A stretch of 64,000 nt of DNA from Minisyncoccota bacterium (GTDB lineage: Bacteria; Patescibacteriota; Minisyncoccia; Phycocordibacterales; Phycocordibacteraceae), in the NCBI GenBank assembly GCA_039927695.1, contig JBDSUM010000017.1, positions 1,631 through 65,630 on the forward strand, in the 5' to 3' direction. The notes below the pieces were generated by a model, which was given only the letters and a program-made list of their open reading frames with translations, was not told where the DNA came from and did no database searches. The stretch's first letter is position 1; each line of letters opens with the position of its first letter. A program made the translations under genes and the position numbers. This document shows, piece after piece, positions 39,079 through 47,288 of this stretch.

Positions 39079-39843
39079 ATGAAGATTGTTTCATGGAATG
39101 TGAACGGACTACGTGCCGTGCACCGCAATGGGTATTGGGAAGCTTTTCTCCGTGGTACCAAACCCGATATTTTTTGTTTTCAGGAAGTAAAAGCCGAACC
39201 GCAACAACTGCCTGACGAGGTACGAGAAGTGGCCGGCTTTTCTTCTTTCTTCTCCCCTTCTCTAGGCAAGAAGGGATACAGCGGCGTGGCGTTGTATTCA
39301 CGGGTTGAACCCCTGAAAGTTATATATGGAATGGGAATAAAAGAATTTGATGACGAAGGTCGATTAATTGGCGCAGAATATGAGGATTTCTGGCTTTTAA
39401 ATATATATTTTCCCAATGGCGGACGAGGTCCGGAACGACTAGATTTTAAACTTCGATACTATGAATCATTTTTAGCTTTCTGCGAAGGGCTGCGCAAAAG
39501 CAAACCTGTTATTTTCTGTGGAGATATAAACACAGCACACTTCCCCATTGACCTCGCTAGACCTAAGGAGAATCAGAATACAACAGGCTTTTTACCTATC
39601 GAACGTAAATGGATGGATGAGCTACTAGAGGCAGGATATGTTGATACATTCCGCCATTTTTATCCACAACAGAGCGAGATATACAGTTACTGGGATACTT
39701 TTACGCATGCACGTGAACGAAACGTTGGTTGGCGCATTGATTATTTTTTTGTTGTAAAAGAATTTCTTAAACATATTAAAAAGGCTGAGATTCATACTGA
39801 AATATATGGATCAGACCACTGCCCTATTTCAATAACACTCTAA
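39079..39843 (+). CDS. xth: Exodeoxyribonuclease III / AP endonuclease
   Basis: SWNVNGLRA, QEVK, GYSGVA, GDIN, GWRIDYF, SDHCP. Confidence 0.96.
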   Translation: MKIVSWNVNGLRAVHRNGYWEAFLRGTKPDIFCFQEVKAEPQQLPDEVREVAGFSSFFSPSLGKKGYSGVALYSRVEPLKVIYGMGIKEFDDEGRLIGAEYEDFWLLNIYFPNGGRGPERLDFKLRYYESFLAFCEGLRKSKPVIFCGDINTAHFPIDLARPKENQNTTGFLPIERKWMDELLEAGYVDTFRHFYPQQSEIYSYWDTFTHARERNVGWRIDYFFVVKEFLKHIKKAEIHTEIYGSDHCPISITL

Positions 39844-39903
39844 AGGACACTTATCCCCATAGATGTCCTTTACTATGTCCTATACCAGCGTAGTATCAAT
39901 TAA

Positions 39904-40180
39904 AGACGGGGAGCGGCAAGGACTGTGAAGTATTTGCCGGTTCTCGAAATCGGCTGATCTTTGTGAGTTCTTTGTGCGAAATATCAGGCGCGCTTGTGTG
40001 GAAGCACTATACTCAGCTCACCCGTTCGGGAGGATTCCCTGAAAATTAAGCGAGCTAGACCAATAGAAAAGGTTCCACATGAAACCGCAACAATAAAAGC
40101 TTTCAGGACAATCTAAAGTACTAAGGATCACCAATTCCTTTGCCCCAAGCTCCCAATTTGGTCCTTAGTCAGTCCCATCT
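39904..40180. ncRNA. Candidate structured non-coding RNA of unknown class
   Basis: ORF-free; several complementary segments, including crossing (pseudoknot) helices; long hairpin plus T-run at 40192-40248. Confidence 0.45.
40071..40086. promoter_or_regulatory. parS-like site
   Basis: GGTTCCACATGAAACC versus consensus TGTTNCACGTGAAACA. Confidence 0.55.
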
Positions 40181-40191
40181 AGCTTAAAGCC

Positions 40192-40248
40192 AAGAGGCCG
40201 TGCAGAGCGATTTCAGTTGACTGGAATCCCTCTTCACGGCCTCTTTTT
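40192..40248 (+). terminator. Long hairpin followed by a T-run
   Basis: AAGAGGCCGTG...CACGGCCTCTT-TTT with a paired interior. Confidence 0.65.
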
Positions 40249-40311
40249 ATAGTATATGTTGCTAAGTATAAGCTTAACAACAAAAAACGACGTAAGTACG
40301 TCGTTTTTTGT

Positions 40312-40327
40312 TGTTTCACGTGAAATA
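40312..40327. promoter_or_regulatory. parS site
   Basis: TGTTTCACGTGAAATA, 15/16 match to TGTTTCACGTGAAACA. Confidence 0.85.
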
Positions 40328-40350
40328 CGTCGCTGAAACAGGCACTATTC

Positions 40351-40366
40351 CTTTTCACGTGAAACA
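40351..40366. promoter_or_regulatory. parS site
   Basis: CTTTTCACGTGAAACA, 14/16 match. Confidence 0.8.
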
Positions 40367-40378
40367 GGCAAAGAAACT

Positions 40379-41842
40379 TTAACAAACGTGATGTTTATCT
40401 AGAATCTTCTGTATTTCCTCTTCCTCCTTCTCTTCACGCTTCTTTTTCCCAATATCGCCTAGTTTCTTAAGGTTTTCGTCAGTTAACCCTAACAGTGAGG
40501 CCGATTGAGCGTCCAAATACTCCTCGGTGTTTCTCGTAGGATCCTCAAGAACTTCTTCCAGCAGCGCATTTAATAGCCATCCTAGCCGTGGACCAGGTTT
40601 CATGTGGAACTTCTCCATTATGTGAGCCCCGTCAGTTTTGAGCATTGCTACTGAGATTGGATCACGTAGTGCTTCCTCAACCATTGCCTTGTATTTGCGG
40701 AACCTAAAAGGCTGTTCCTTAGGACGTCCTGTACCTATGCGATCGCATATACGTAGATTAAGTAAATCCCATATATTCTCCTCGCCAACGTTACGAATCA
40801 TACGGCGAACGGCTGAAAGGGTAATCTGGTCAGGATCAGAGAAGAACATGTGCCAACGCACCATTTTAGTCACTTTTTCAATAGTTTCACGTGAAAATTT
40901 AAGATCCTCAAGAGCCTTTTTTGTTACACGAGCGCCCACAACTTCATGACCATGGAATGTCCAATCATTCTTCTTTGGTTCCCATCTGCGGACTTCAGGC
41001 TTAGAAACATCATGAAATACTGCTGCTAAGCGAATATCAAAACTCCACTCCTTATCTGCTGCGTGCTGAAGGGAACGCATTAGATGACCAAAGACGTCGA
41101 AGCTATGAGCTTGATTTTGTTCGATACCTATTCCTCGAGTGAGGTCCGGGGCTATGTATTCTAAAAGACCTAATTGCTGAGCCATTACTAGCGCCATCAT
41201 AGGCTGGCTTGAATTAAGGATACGAACAAATTCATCCCGTATACGCTCTTTAGAGATATGGCCAAGATTGGCTGCTTTCTGTTGAATAGCTGCAGCAGTC
41301 TCTGTATCAAGTGCGAATTCAAGTTCAGCAACCAGTCTAACTGCACGCATTAGACGCAATGCGTCTTCTTCGAATCGCTCAGAAGGAACTCCTACCGTGC
41401 GCAACACCTTGAGTTCAATGTCCCTTTGTCCTTTATACGGATCAATTAACTGTCCTTTAGATTCGTCATATGCGATTGCGTTAATAGTGAAGTCTCTACG
41501 AGCGAGATCTTCTTCAAGGCTCTGTCCGAATGTAACGGCATCAGGTCTGCGTTTATCGCTATACACGCTCTCGGTACGGTAGGGAGTTACTTCAATGATT
41601 TTAAGTCGCTCATCATCAGTTTCACGTAGAACACCGACGGTTCCAAAGTCGTTAGTATAAAAGGAATCAGGGAATATACGCTGTATATCCTCAGGCTTAG
41701 CGTTTGTAGTGATGTCCCAGTCCTTTGGACGACGATCTATTAACAGGTCACGCACACAACCACCAACCAAGTAGGCTTCAAAGCCCTCGTTGCGAAGTCC
41801 TTCGGCAACATCGCGTACTTCTTTGGGGACACGGAATTCCAT
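40379..41842 (-). CDS. cca: CCA tRNA nucleotidyltransferase with HD domain
   Basis: YLVGGCVRDLL, DWDITT, EDLARRDFTINAIA, EDALRLMRA, FHDVSKP. Confidence 0.92.
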   Translation of the reverse strand: MEFRVPKEVRDVAEGLRNEGFEAYLVGGCVRDLLIDRRPKDWDITTNAKPEDIQRIFPDSFYTNDFGTVGVLRETDDERLKIIEVTPYRTESVYSDKRRPDAVTFGQSLEEDLARRDFTINAIAYDESKGQLIDPYKGQRDIELKVLRTVGVPSERFEEDALRLMRAVRLVAELEFALDTETAAAIQQKAANLGHISKERIRDEFVRILNSSQPMMALVMAQQLGLLEYIAPDLTRGIGIEQNQAHSFDVFGHLMRSLQHAADKEWSFDIRLAAVFHDVSKPEVRRWEPKKNDWTFHGHEVVGARVTKKALEDLKFSRETIEKVTKMVRWHMFFSDPDQITLSAVRRMIRNVGEENIWDLLNLRICDRIGTGRPKEQPFRFRKYKAMVEEALRDPISVAMLKTDGAHIMEKFHMKPGPRLGWLLNALLEEVLEDPTRNTEEYLDAQSASLLGLTDENLKKLGDIGKKKREEKEEEEIQKILDKHHVC

Positions 41843-41922
41843 TACCTAAATACTAGTACGCTGCTGTGCTTTCGCCTAGCGTGTAGTACAGTAGCTAATA
41901 CGGCAGCAAAGCAAAGCCGATT

Positions 41923-41994
41923 GCCCCTGTAGTGAAATGGATATCACAACAGTCTTCGGAACTGTCGTTCCAGGTTCGAATCCTGGCGGGGGCA
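41923..41994 (+). tRNA. tRNA-Arg(TCG), CCA not encoded
   Basis: Acceptor GCCCCTG/CGGGGGC; anticodon arm ACAGT-CTTCGGA-ACTGT; T arm GGTTCGAATCC. Confidence 0.95.
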
Positions 41995-42035
41995 CTAGAA
42001 AAAAGGGAAGTACCTGTGCTATAGTTCTTCCCGTA

Positions 42036-42109
42036 GCGGATATGGTTTAGTGGTAAAACACGTCCTTGCCAAGGACGAATCGGGAGTTCGATTCTCCCTA
42101 TCCGCACCA
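42036..42109 (+). tRNA. tRNA-Gly(GCC)
   Basis: GCGGATA/TATCCGC-ACCA; anticodon arm CGTCC-TTGCCAA-GGACG. Confidence 0.96.
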
Positions 42110-42150
42110 GTCAGATAAAAGCCCTATAGGGGCTTTTATCGTTGTGGATC

Positions 42151-42591
42151 CTACTTTTTGTCTCTCTTCTTAATACTGATACCGATACCTGCATTTTCAG
42201 TAACGTAGACAATAGCATTGCTAAGTAATGCAGGGTCATCTTTAAACTGACCGATTCCAATATTACAGTTTGAACACAGGAGGCCTCGAACGACCATGGT
42301 CTTATGACAATGATCTAGGACTGGTCTCTTCATTGGAACGCGGCATATGCCGCACAAGCCATTCTGTCGTTCAAATAACTCTGCATATAGCTGTCTATAA
42401 GGTCCTGCAGTACCAAACTGCTGAGTCAGCTTTTTATCTTCTAGACATTGGACGCAACAAGTTCTATTTTCAGCAGCAGGTCTTTTGGTACAACTTGGAC
42501 ATATCCCGCGAGCTTTAAAATCTGCCTTTCTTTTTCGTTGGTATTCTAAAAAATGTTGTCTTTGCGCCTCTGTTCTCCAGTTATTTGCCAT
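42151..42591 (-). CDS. Endonuclease VII (His-Me finger) domain protein
   Basis: QNGLCGIC..LDHCHKTMVVRGLLCSNCNIGIGQFKDDP; extra N-terminal Cys cluster. Confidence 0.88.
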   Translation of the reverse strand: MANNWRTEAQRQHFLEYQRKRKADFKARGICPSCTKRPAAENRTCCVQCLEDKKLTQQFGTAGPYRQLYAELFERQNGLCGICRVPMKRPVLDHCHKTMVVRGLLCSNCNIGIGQFKDDPALLSNAIVYVTENAGIGISIKKRDKK

Positions 42592-42747
42592 GTATTGAAT
42601 ATACCACAGTCTGAGTTTGTGGAAATGCAAACAGGGGAAAAGTCTGTTAGTAGTGGGGATAACGGACATACGTCTTAGAAAGAATTCAGAAGAATTTTAG
42701 AATTATCAACTGATTCCTTCAGCAACTAAGCCATATTATTTAAGGTC

Positions 42748-43143
42748 ATGAATCTTAGTAAATCTTCACGTAAAGACATTGGAAACTTAGGAGAACGTGT
42801 AGCGGCAGAATACCTGCGCAGGCTTGGCTTCTCAATAATAGGAAGGAATATTGCTTTTAAAACTGGTGAGCTCGATGTCATGGCTCTAAACGAAAATACA
42901 CTGCATATTGTAGAAGTTAAGACTGTCGTATGTGTAGAATTTCCAAATTTAGAATCTCAAGACAGCGGGTACGATCCCGCATGGAATCTGCATCCATATA
43001 AGATACGCAAAGTTCGTAGGACAGCAGAGTGGTATGTGGCAGATAAAAACTGGGAAGGGGAGTGGCAAATTGATGGCGCTCTCGTGTGGCTACGTCAGAG
43101 CGATGGTATGGCTCGAGTCCGCTATTACCCGCAGATTGTATAA
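42748..43143 (+). CDS. yraN: YraN family (UPF0102) nuclease
   Basis: GNLGERVAAEYL..GF.I..RN....GELDV....L.IVEVKT. Confidence 0.88.
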   Translation: MNLSKSSRKDIGNLGERVAAEYLRRLGFSIIGRNIAFKTGELDVMALNENTLHIVEVKTVVCVEFPNLESQDSGYDPAWNLHPYKIRKVRRTAEWYVADKNWEGEWQIDGALVWLRQSDGMARVRYYPQIV

Positions 43144-43222
43144 ACACATAGACCTTATACGAAAACCTGGTAGGATGAGCAAAACAGGGGACTCAGAGCT
43201 ATCTGCAGTCCACTCTGTCATT

Positions 43223-43296
43223 CGGGGTGTCGTATACCGGTAGTACGACTGCTTTGGGAGCAGTTAGACGGGGTTCAATTCCCCGCACCCCGACCA
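43223..43296 (+). tRNA. tRNA-Pro(TGG)
   Basis: CGGGGTG/CACCCCG-ACCA; anticodon arm ACTGC-TTTGGGA-GCAGT. Confidence 0.95.
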
Positions 43297-44921
43297 ATTG
43301 AGACATTAAGAGCGCAAAGCTCATCAAAGGGTGAACAAAGCTTTGCATTTACTACTTCTTTTCCTTGAATTTCAAAGTTCAAGTAGATTTTTCGCAATAT
43401 ATAGTCCTGCTCACTCAACTTCTTTAATGAACGTATATTCTTTGCCATGTTTTCCATAAGTTCAAGGAAGTCGCCATAAGCAAGTACATCAGACTTTCCA
43501 ATCTCGGCCTCGATACGCTTTTGGGCTATGGAATTTTCAATCTGCTTTATCTCAGAGCCGGCCCTGTCCAGATCGTCCTTAAATGTCGATTGAATGCGCT
43601 CATCTGCAATATTATCGAGTAGCAAATTCTTCGTCTTTTCGTATCTGCTCTCTACGATCCGCTTTTTGCGTAATAGGTTTGCAAGCTCAGTTCTTGCAGT
43701 AGAACTTCTCTCATCAGAAACATGTTCCATTTCTTTTAAATAATGCTTATAGGAAGCGGTAGATGAAAAAGGATTCTTTGCAAGAAATGCATATACGTAA
43801 TCAAGTATCACCTTTGCTCTTATAGATTTACCATACATATCACAATCGTCTGTTTCGCATCGGTAGTAGAAGTAATTAGTTTTCTTACCAGCTTTATTAA
43901 CCTTTGAGGTAATTCCAGCAATCATAGATTCCCCGCAATCCTTACAGATAATCATGCCGCGCATCAAGTCAGCTTTAACGTTCTCCGTGGTCCTAAAGCG
44001 GCGTGCAAGCTTACTAATTTCAGAGGTACGAGACACTTTATTTATAGCCATGAATTCTTCAACAGATACCATGGGTACAAAATCATACGCTTGAGTTAAA
44101 TCTACTTTCTGTTTTCCGTATATAACTACGCCCGCATAAAAAGGATCACGAAGTATCTTATCTATTTTCTGAGCAGTCCAATGAAAAGGGGAGTGACTAC
44201 TATCACTATTAGATCGCTCATATCCCATTTTATTTAAATAGGAGGCAATCTCTGAATAGGTTTTCTTATCACGACGCATTAGAAAGGCCTCTTTCAAAAG
44301 GATAAAATTATCCTTGTCTGGCCAAAGAAACTGATTTCTATCTTTATAATATCCGTGTTTAGGCCTGCTGATATATTTTCCTTCAGCAATGCTTCTTCGG
44401 TTTCCACGATTAACATTATCGCTAAGACTGTCTGAATATTGCTTTGATAGAACGAACGTCATACCTAGTAGCATTTTTCCACTGGTACTATTTTCAAAGG
44501 TGAAGCTTACAAACTTCAGATCTTTAATAATGTGTTTATCGATAAGATCAATCACCTCGCCCGCATCTTTCATGTTCCGAGCTAACCGATCGGGATGCCA
44601 AGCGATAATTCCGTCATATTTCTTAGACTTCACTCCATCAAGCACCTCTCTGAATCTTGGTCGAATATCAGGCTCCTTTGCTGATTCTGATTCTTCGATT
44701 ACCTTAACAACCTTGAGTTTTAATTGTGCAGCCAAATGCTCACACTCACTGATTTGGTCAGCGAGGGAACGTATCTGCTTTTCAGCATCATCAGTAGATT
44801 TTCTTACATAAATAACGTAACGATACGTTTGGGAAGCGTCGTTGTTATCGGCCTTTTGAAAGCCCTTTAATAGTTCAAATAATTGTTCTGTGGTCTGAGG
44901 GTCGTTCATTAGGCTAATCAT
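43275..44921 (-). CDS. Large serine recombinase (integrase)
   Basis: YVRKST catalytic motif, ESESAK...RPRF, WHPDRLARN, recombinase domain, zinc ribbon CKDCG..YYRC, coiled coil; 3' end overlaps tRNA-Pro. Confidence 0.93.
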   Translation of the reverse strand: MISLMNDPQTTEQLFELLKGFQKADNNDASQTYRYVIYVRKSTDDAEKQIRSLADQISECEHLAAQLKLKVVKVIEESESAKEPDIRPRFREVLDGVKSKKYDGIIAWHPDRLARNMKDAGEVIDLIDKHIIKDLKFVSFTFENSTSGKMLLGMTFVLSKQYSDSLSDNVNRGNRRSIAEGKYISRPKHGYYKDRNQFLWPDKDNFILLKEAFLMRRDKKTYSEIASYLNKMGYERSNSDSSHSPFHWTAQKIDKILRDPFYAGVVIYGKQKVDLTQAYDFVPMVSVEEFMAINKVSRTSEISKLARRFRTTENVKADLMRGMIICKDCGESMIAGITSKVNKAGKKTNYFYYRCETDDCDMYGKSIRAKVILDYVYAFLAKNPFSSTASYKHYLKEMEHVSDERSSTARTELANLLRKKRIVESRYEKTKNLLLDNIADERIQSTFKDDLDRAGSEIKQIENSIAQKRIEAEIGKSDVLAYGDFLELMENMAKNIRSLKKLSEQDYILRKIYLNFEIQGKEVVNAKLCSPFDELCALNVSIGRGAGN

Positions 44922-44956
44922 AGCTCTATGAGCCCTAATTTGCCTCGTGTGGGGCC

Positions 44957-45160
44957 TTAACGGCTTCTGCTCTCCACTAGTTGCTCAGCTGTAATAACTC
45001 CTCTAGCGGATGTCTGATTTAGATTGGCCATTGTGTCCCTAACTTCTAAAGATGAATCCATAATGGAAAGGAAACTAATGCCACTTATAATAAACAGAAT
45101 AACGACGACTACGGGCGTGGGAATTGATACCTTGGCCCAATTTTTGTTTTCAGTATTCAT
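44957..45160 (-). CDS. Small single-TM protein upstream of the integrase
   Basis: 67 aa with a hydrophobic segment; start lies 5 nt after an antisense target box. Confidence 0.55.
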   Translation of the reverse strand: MNTENKNWAKVSIPTPVVVVILFIISGISFLSIMDSSLEVRDTMANLNQTSARGVITAEQLVESRSR

Positions 45161-45203
45161 ATTTTGCTTGATTGGTCTTTAATACCCGCTAGGTTCTGGA
45201 CAC

Positions 45204-45291
45204 AAAGAACCCGCCACGGGTCCCCAGCATTGCTGCCAGGCATACCGGTTTCCCGATATGGCCAATCAAGCTACCCCATGACGGGTTCTTT
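45204..45291 (-). ncRNA. c4/P4-CI-like antisense RNA candidate
   Basis: 17-bp closing stem, two hairpins capped by GNRA loops (GAAA, GCAA), single-stranded GCUUGAUUGG complementary to two flanking boxes. Confidence 0.7.
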
Positions 45292-45899
45292 ATGCTTGAT
45301 TGGGCTTGCGACCATATCTCCTGTTGCCAGAAGGGTTAGGTCATTTTATTCGATTGTGTCCTTGCTCAGCATACCTTTTACGTAGGCATGAAACCAGTTA
45401 AAAAGGTTGAAAAGTACCCAAAAACTGTTTTGCCAGAATTAAGTTATCGAGAATATAAGCCAGATTTTCTACCTAACTTTTAATAGTTTTCGGAGCTCTC
45501 CTTTTTAGAAAACACCTCAAGAAGTATCCTCAAGATCACTGATTTTACCTGAGAAAACTATTGTGAAGAATTTAAAATAACCAAGGATATAAGGGATTTT
45601 TGCATACCGACATAGCCTAGTTTTCCCGACTTACCGTTTAATGCCTCAGGCTCCAAATGTCGAGTAATCTAATTGCTATACGGAGGATAAATTTTATAGT
45701 GCGCTCTCTCCACAGTGTCATAAATATTAAACAATATAAACTATAAGAAGAAAGGCCGCGTCTTGCGACACAGCCTTTCCAAATATTATCTTCGTACGCT
45801 AGTTGATTGCCTGGCAAGGCTGCTGTCGTACGATGACCTTGGACACCTTTCTATAATACGATAAGGATCTGAGGCAAACGTGCTTTATACACATTAGTT

Positions 45900-46187
45900 A
45901 TGGCTATTAGAATAACTTGCATTAATAAGGATTCCGGAAACCATGCCAATCGTCACACTGCGATTAGTCGTCTTGGTTGGATTCAAGATGGCACCTCAGA
46001 CAAGAAGTACAACACTAGGCTCGAGATGTATGACTTTGTTAAAGATGGTGGTAGGGCATATGTGCTTGATAGCCAGGGGGACAAAGCGTATCTCATGACA
46101 GCTATTACAGTTGGAGGTACAAAATACGTTAAGACCGTCGCAGATGAGACACGGGCAGATAACCTGCTTTCTCTTCCCGAATGCTAA
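45900..46187 (+). CDS. DUF3892-like protein
   Basis: IRITCINKD..H.AI..LGW...KYVKTVADET..DNLLSLPEC. Confidence 0.8.
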   Translation: MAIRITCINKDSGNHANRHTAISRLGWIQDGTSDKKYNTRLEMYDFVKDGGRAYVLDSQGDKAYLMTAITVGGTKYVKTVADETRADNLLSLPEC

Positions 46188-46208
46188 AGCGTTAGGAAAT
46201 ACGGTATG

Positions 46209-46241
46209 AATAAGGTCCTCGGAGTTTCCGAGGACCTTATT
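46209..46241. terminator. Bidirectional terminator
   Basis: AATAAGGTCCTCGGA-gtt-TCCGAGGACCTTATT between convergent genes. Confidence 0.7.
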
Positions 46242-47142
46242 CTTTATCAGGATGGACCGACTTTTCTATGATTTCTGCCAATCCATCAGGAAGTGATGCA
46301 TTCTTTCGCTGCCTCTCAGTAAGGTAATTTTCATCAGATATCACCCGTCTCCCAGTTTGCAGTTCAATCTCCTGTCGAGCTTTACCAGCAATACCACCTC
46401 CACTTTTAGAAGCCTGGAGATTTTCAAACATTCCCTGGGAATTTCTGACTTTTGCAATTTCTGTAGTAGCTTGCTCCCCAAGAGTGGTGAGAGTAAGTTC
46501 GATTGGAGTCATGTGGTCACGCAATGGTTGGCCTGCCAATCCTTTTATCTCCTTATGCTTAGAGGTCTTCACCCCGAAGGTTTCTATTGAAATCGCATCG
46601 GTCAAAATAGCATATTGTTTTCCTTCTATTCCTCTTTCTTTCCACTCTAACTCGAGCTTCCCGCGCGCAGCCTTATTTTGAATTCGGGCCTCAATCCAAT
46701 CAGGTGGATATCCCTTGGCCGCGTAATAGGCCATAGCGCGAGTTATGGCGAGTTCTGGGTTTGCTATTTCCTGTATGCGCTCAAACCCAACCTTAGCTAA
46801 CCATTTTTTAAAAGCTTCTGATTTTTCTCCCGTAGTAACAGACTGCATCAAACGGAAGATACCTTCAATATTTATGAAAGTTGTCTCTTGAAGACCGCGA
46901 TTCGATTGGTATTTTAAGGTCCTCGTGATTTCCGAGTACCTTTCATTCAGTCCCGGGTCCTTTTTTCTTAGATCAGACGCATACCGAGTACCATCTGTTG
47001 TATCTGTAAGAGCTTCAAGAACATCCTTTACTGAAAACCACCACTCCCCACCATCAAATACTTTTCGCACCTCTTTAGTTTTAAAGAGATCTATTTTAAA
47101 CTCACCGTCCTTTGCAAAGGGTAATGTAGGCTGTTCTCCCAT
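46237..47142 (-). CDS. Bro-N domain (phage antirepressor-like) protein
   Basis: VRKVFDGGEWWFSVKDV, EGIFRLMQS, EAFKKWLAKVGFERIQE, LRDHMT. Confidence 0.85.
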   Translation of the reverse strand: MGEQPTLPFAKDGEFKIDLFKTKEVRKVFDGGEWWFSVKDVLEALTDTTDGTRYASDLRKKDPGLNERYSEITRTLKYQSNRGLQETTFINIEGIFRLMQSVTTGEKSEAFKKWLAKVGFERIQEIANPELAITRAMAYYAAKGYPPDWIEARIQNKAARGKLELEWKERGIEGKQYAILTDAISIETFGVKTSKHKEIKGLAGQPLRDHMTPIELTLTTLGEQATTEIAKVRNSQGMFENLQASKSGGGIAGKARQEIELQTGRRVISDENYLTERQRKNASLPDGLAEIIEKSVHPDKE

Positions 47143-47288
47143 TAATCGTATTGTATCAGAGCTCGAACACAAGGAGAATTTAGCAACAACAGCCTCTCAA
47201 TAGGTTCTAGACTTGACAATATTTATTATATGTACTAAAATACACTCAGCCGCTCTTTGGCAACACAGTCTATACAGGGAGTCACCAA

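Larger units (their letters stand above)
43275..47200. mobile_element. Integrated island (or remnant) at tRNA-Pro
   Basis: Integrase runs into the tRNA 3' half; AT-rich; Bro-N and DUF3892-like cargo; right boundary not identified. Confidence 0.65.

Noticed and set aside
39904-40180. RNase P RNA, tmRNA or SRP RNA identity
   Set aside because: No GAGGAAAGUCC, no tRNA-like T-arm/CCA end and no SRP GGAA loop motif found on either strand
41895-42107. 70-aa minus-strand ORF
   Set aside because: It is the antisense of two tRNA genes
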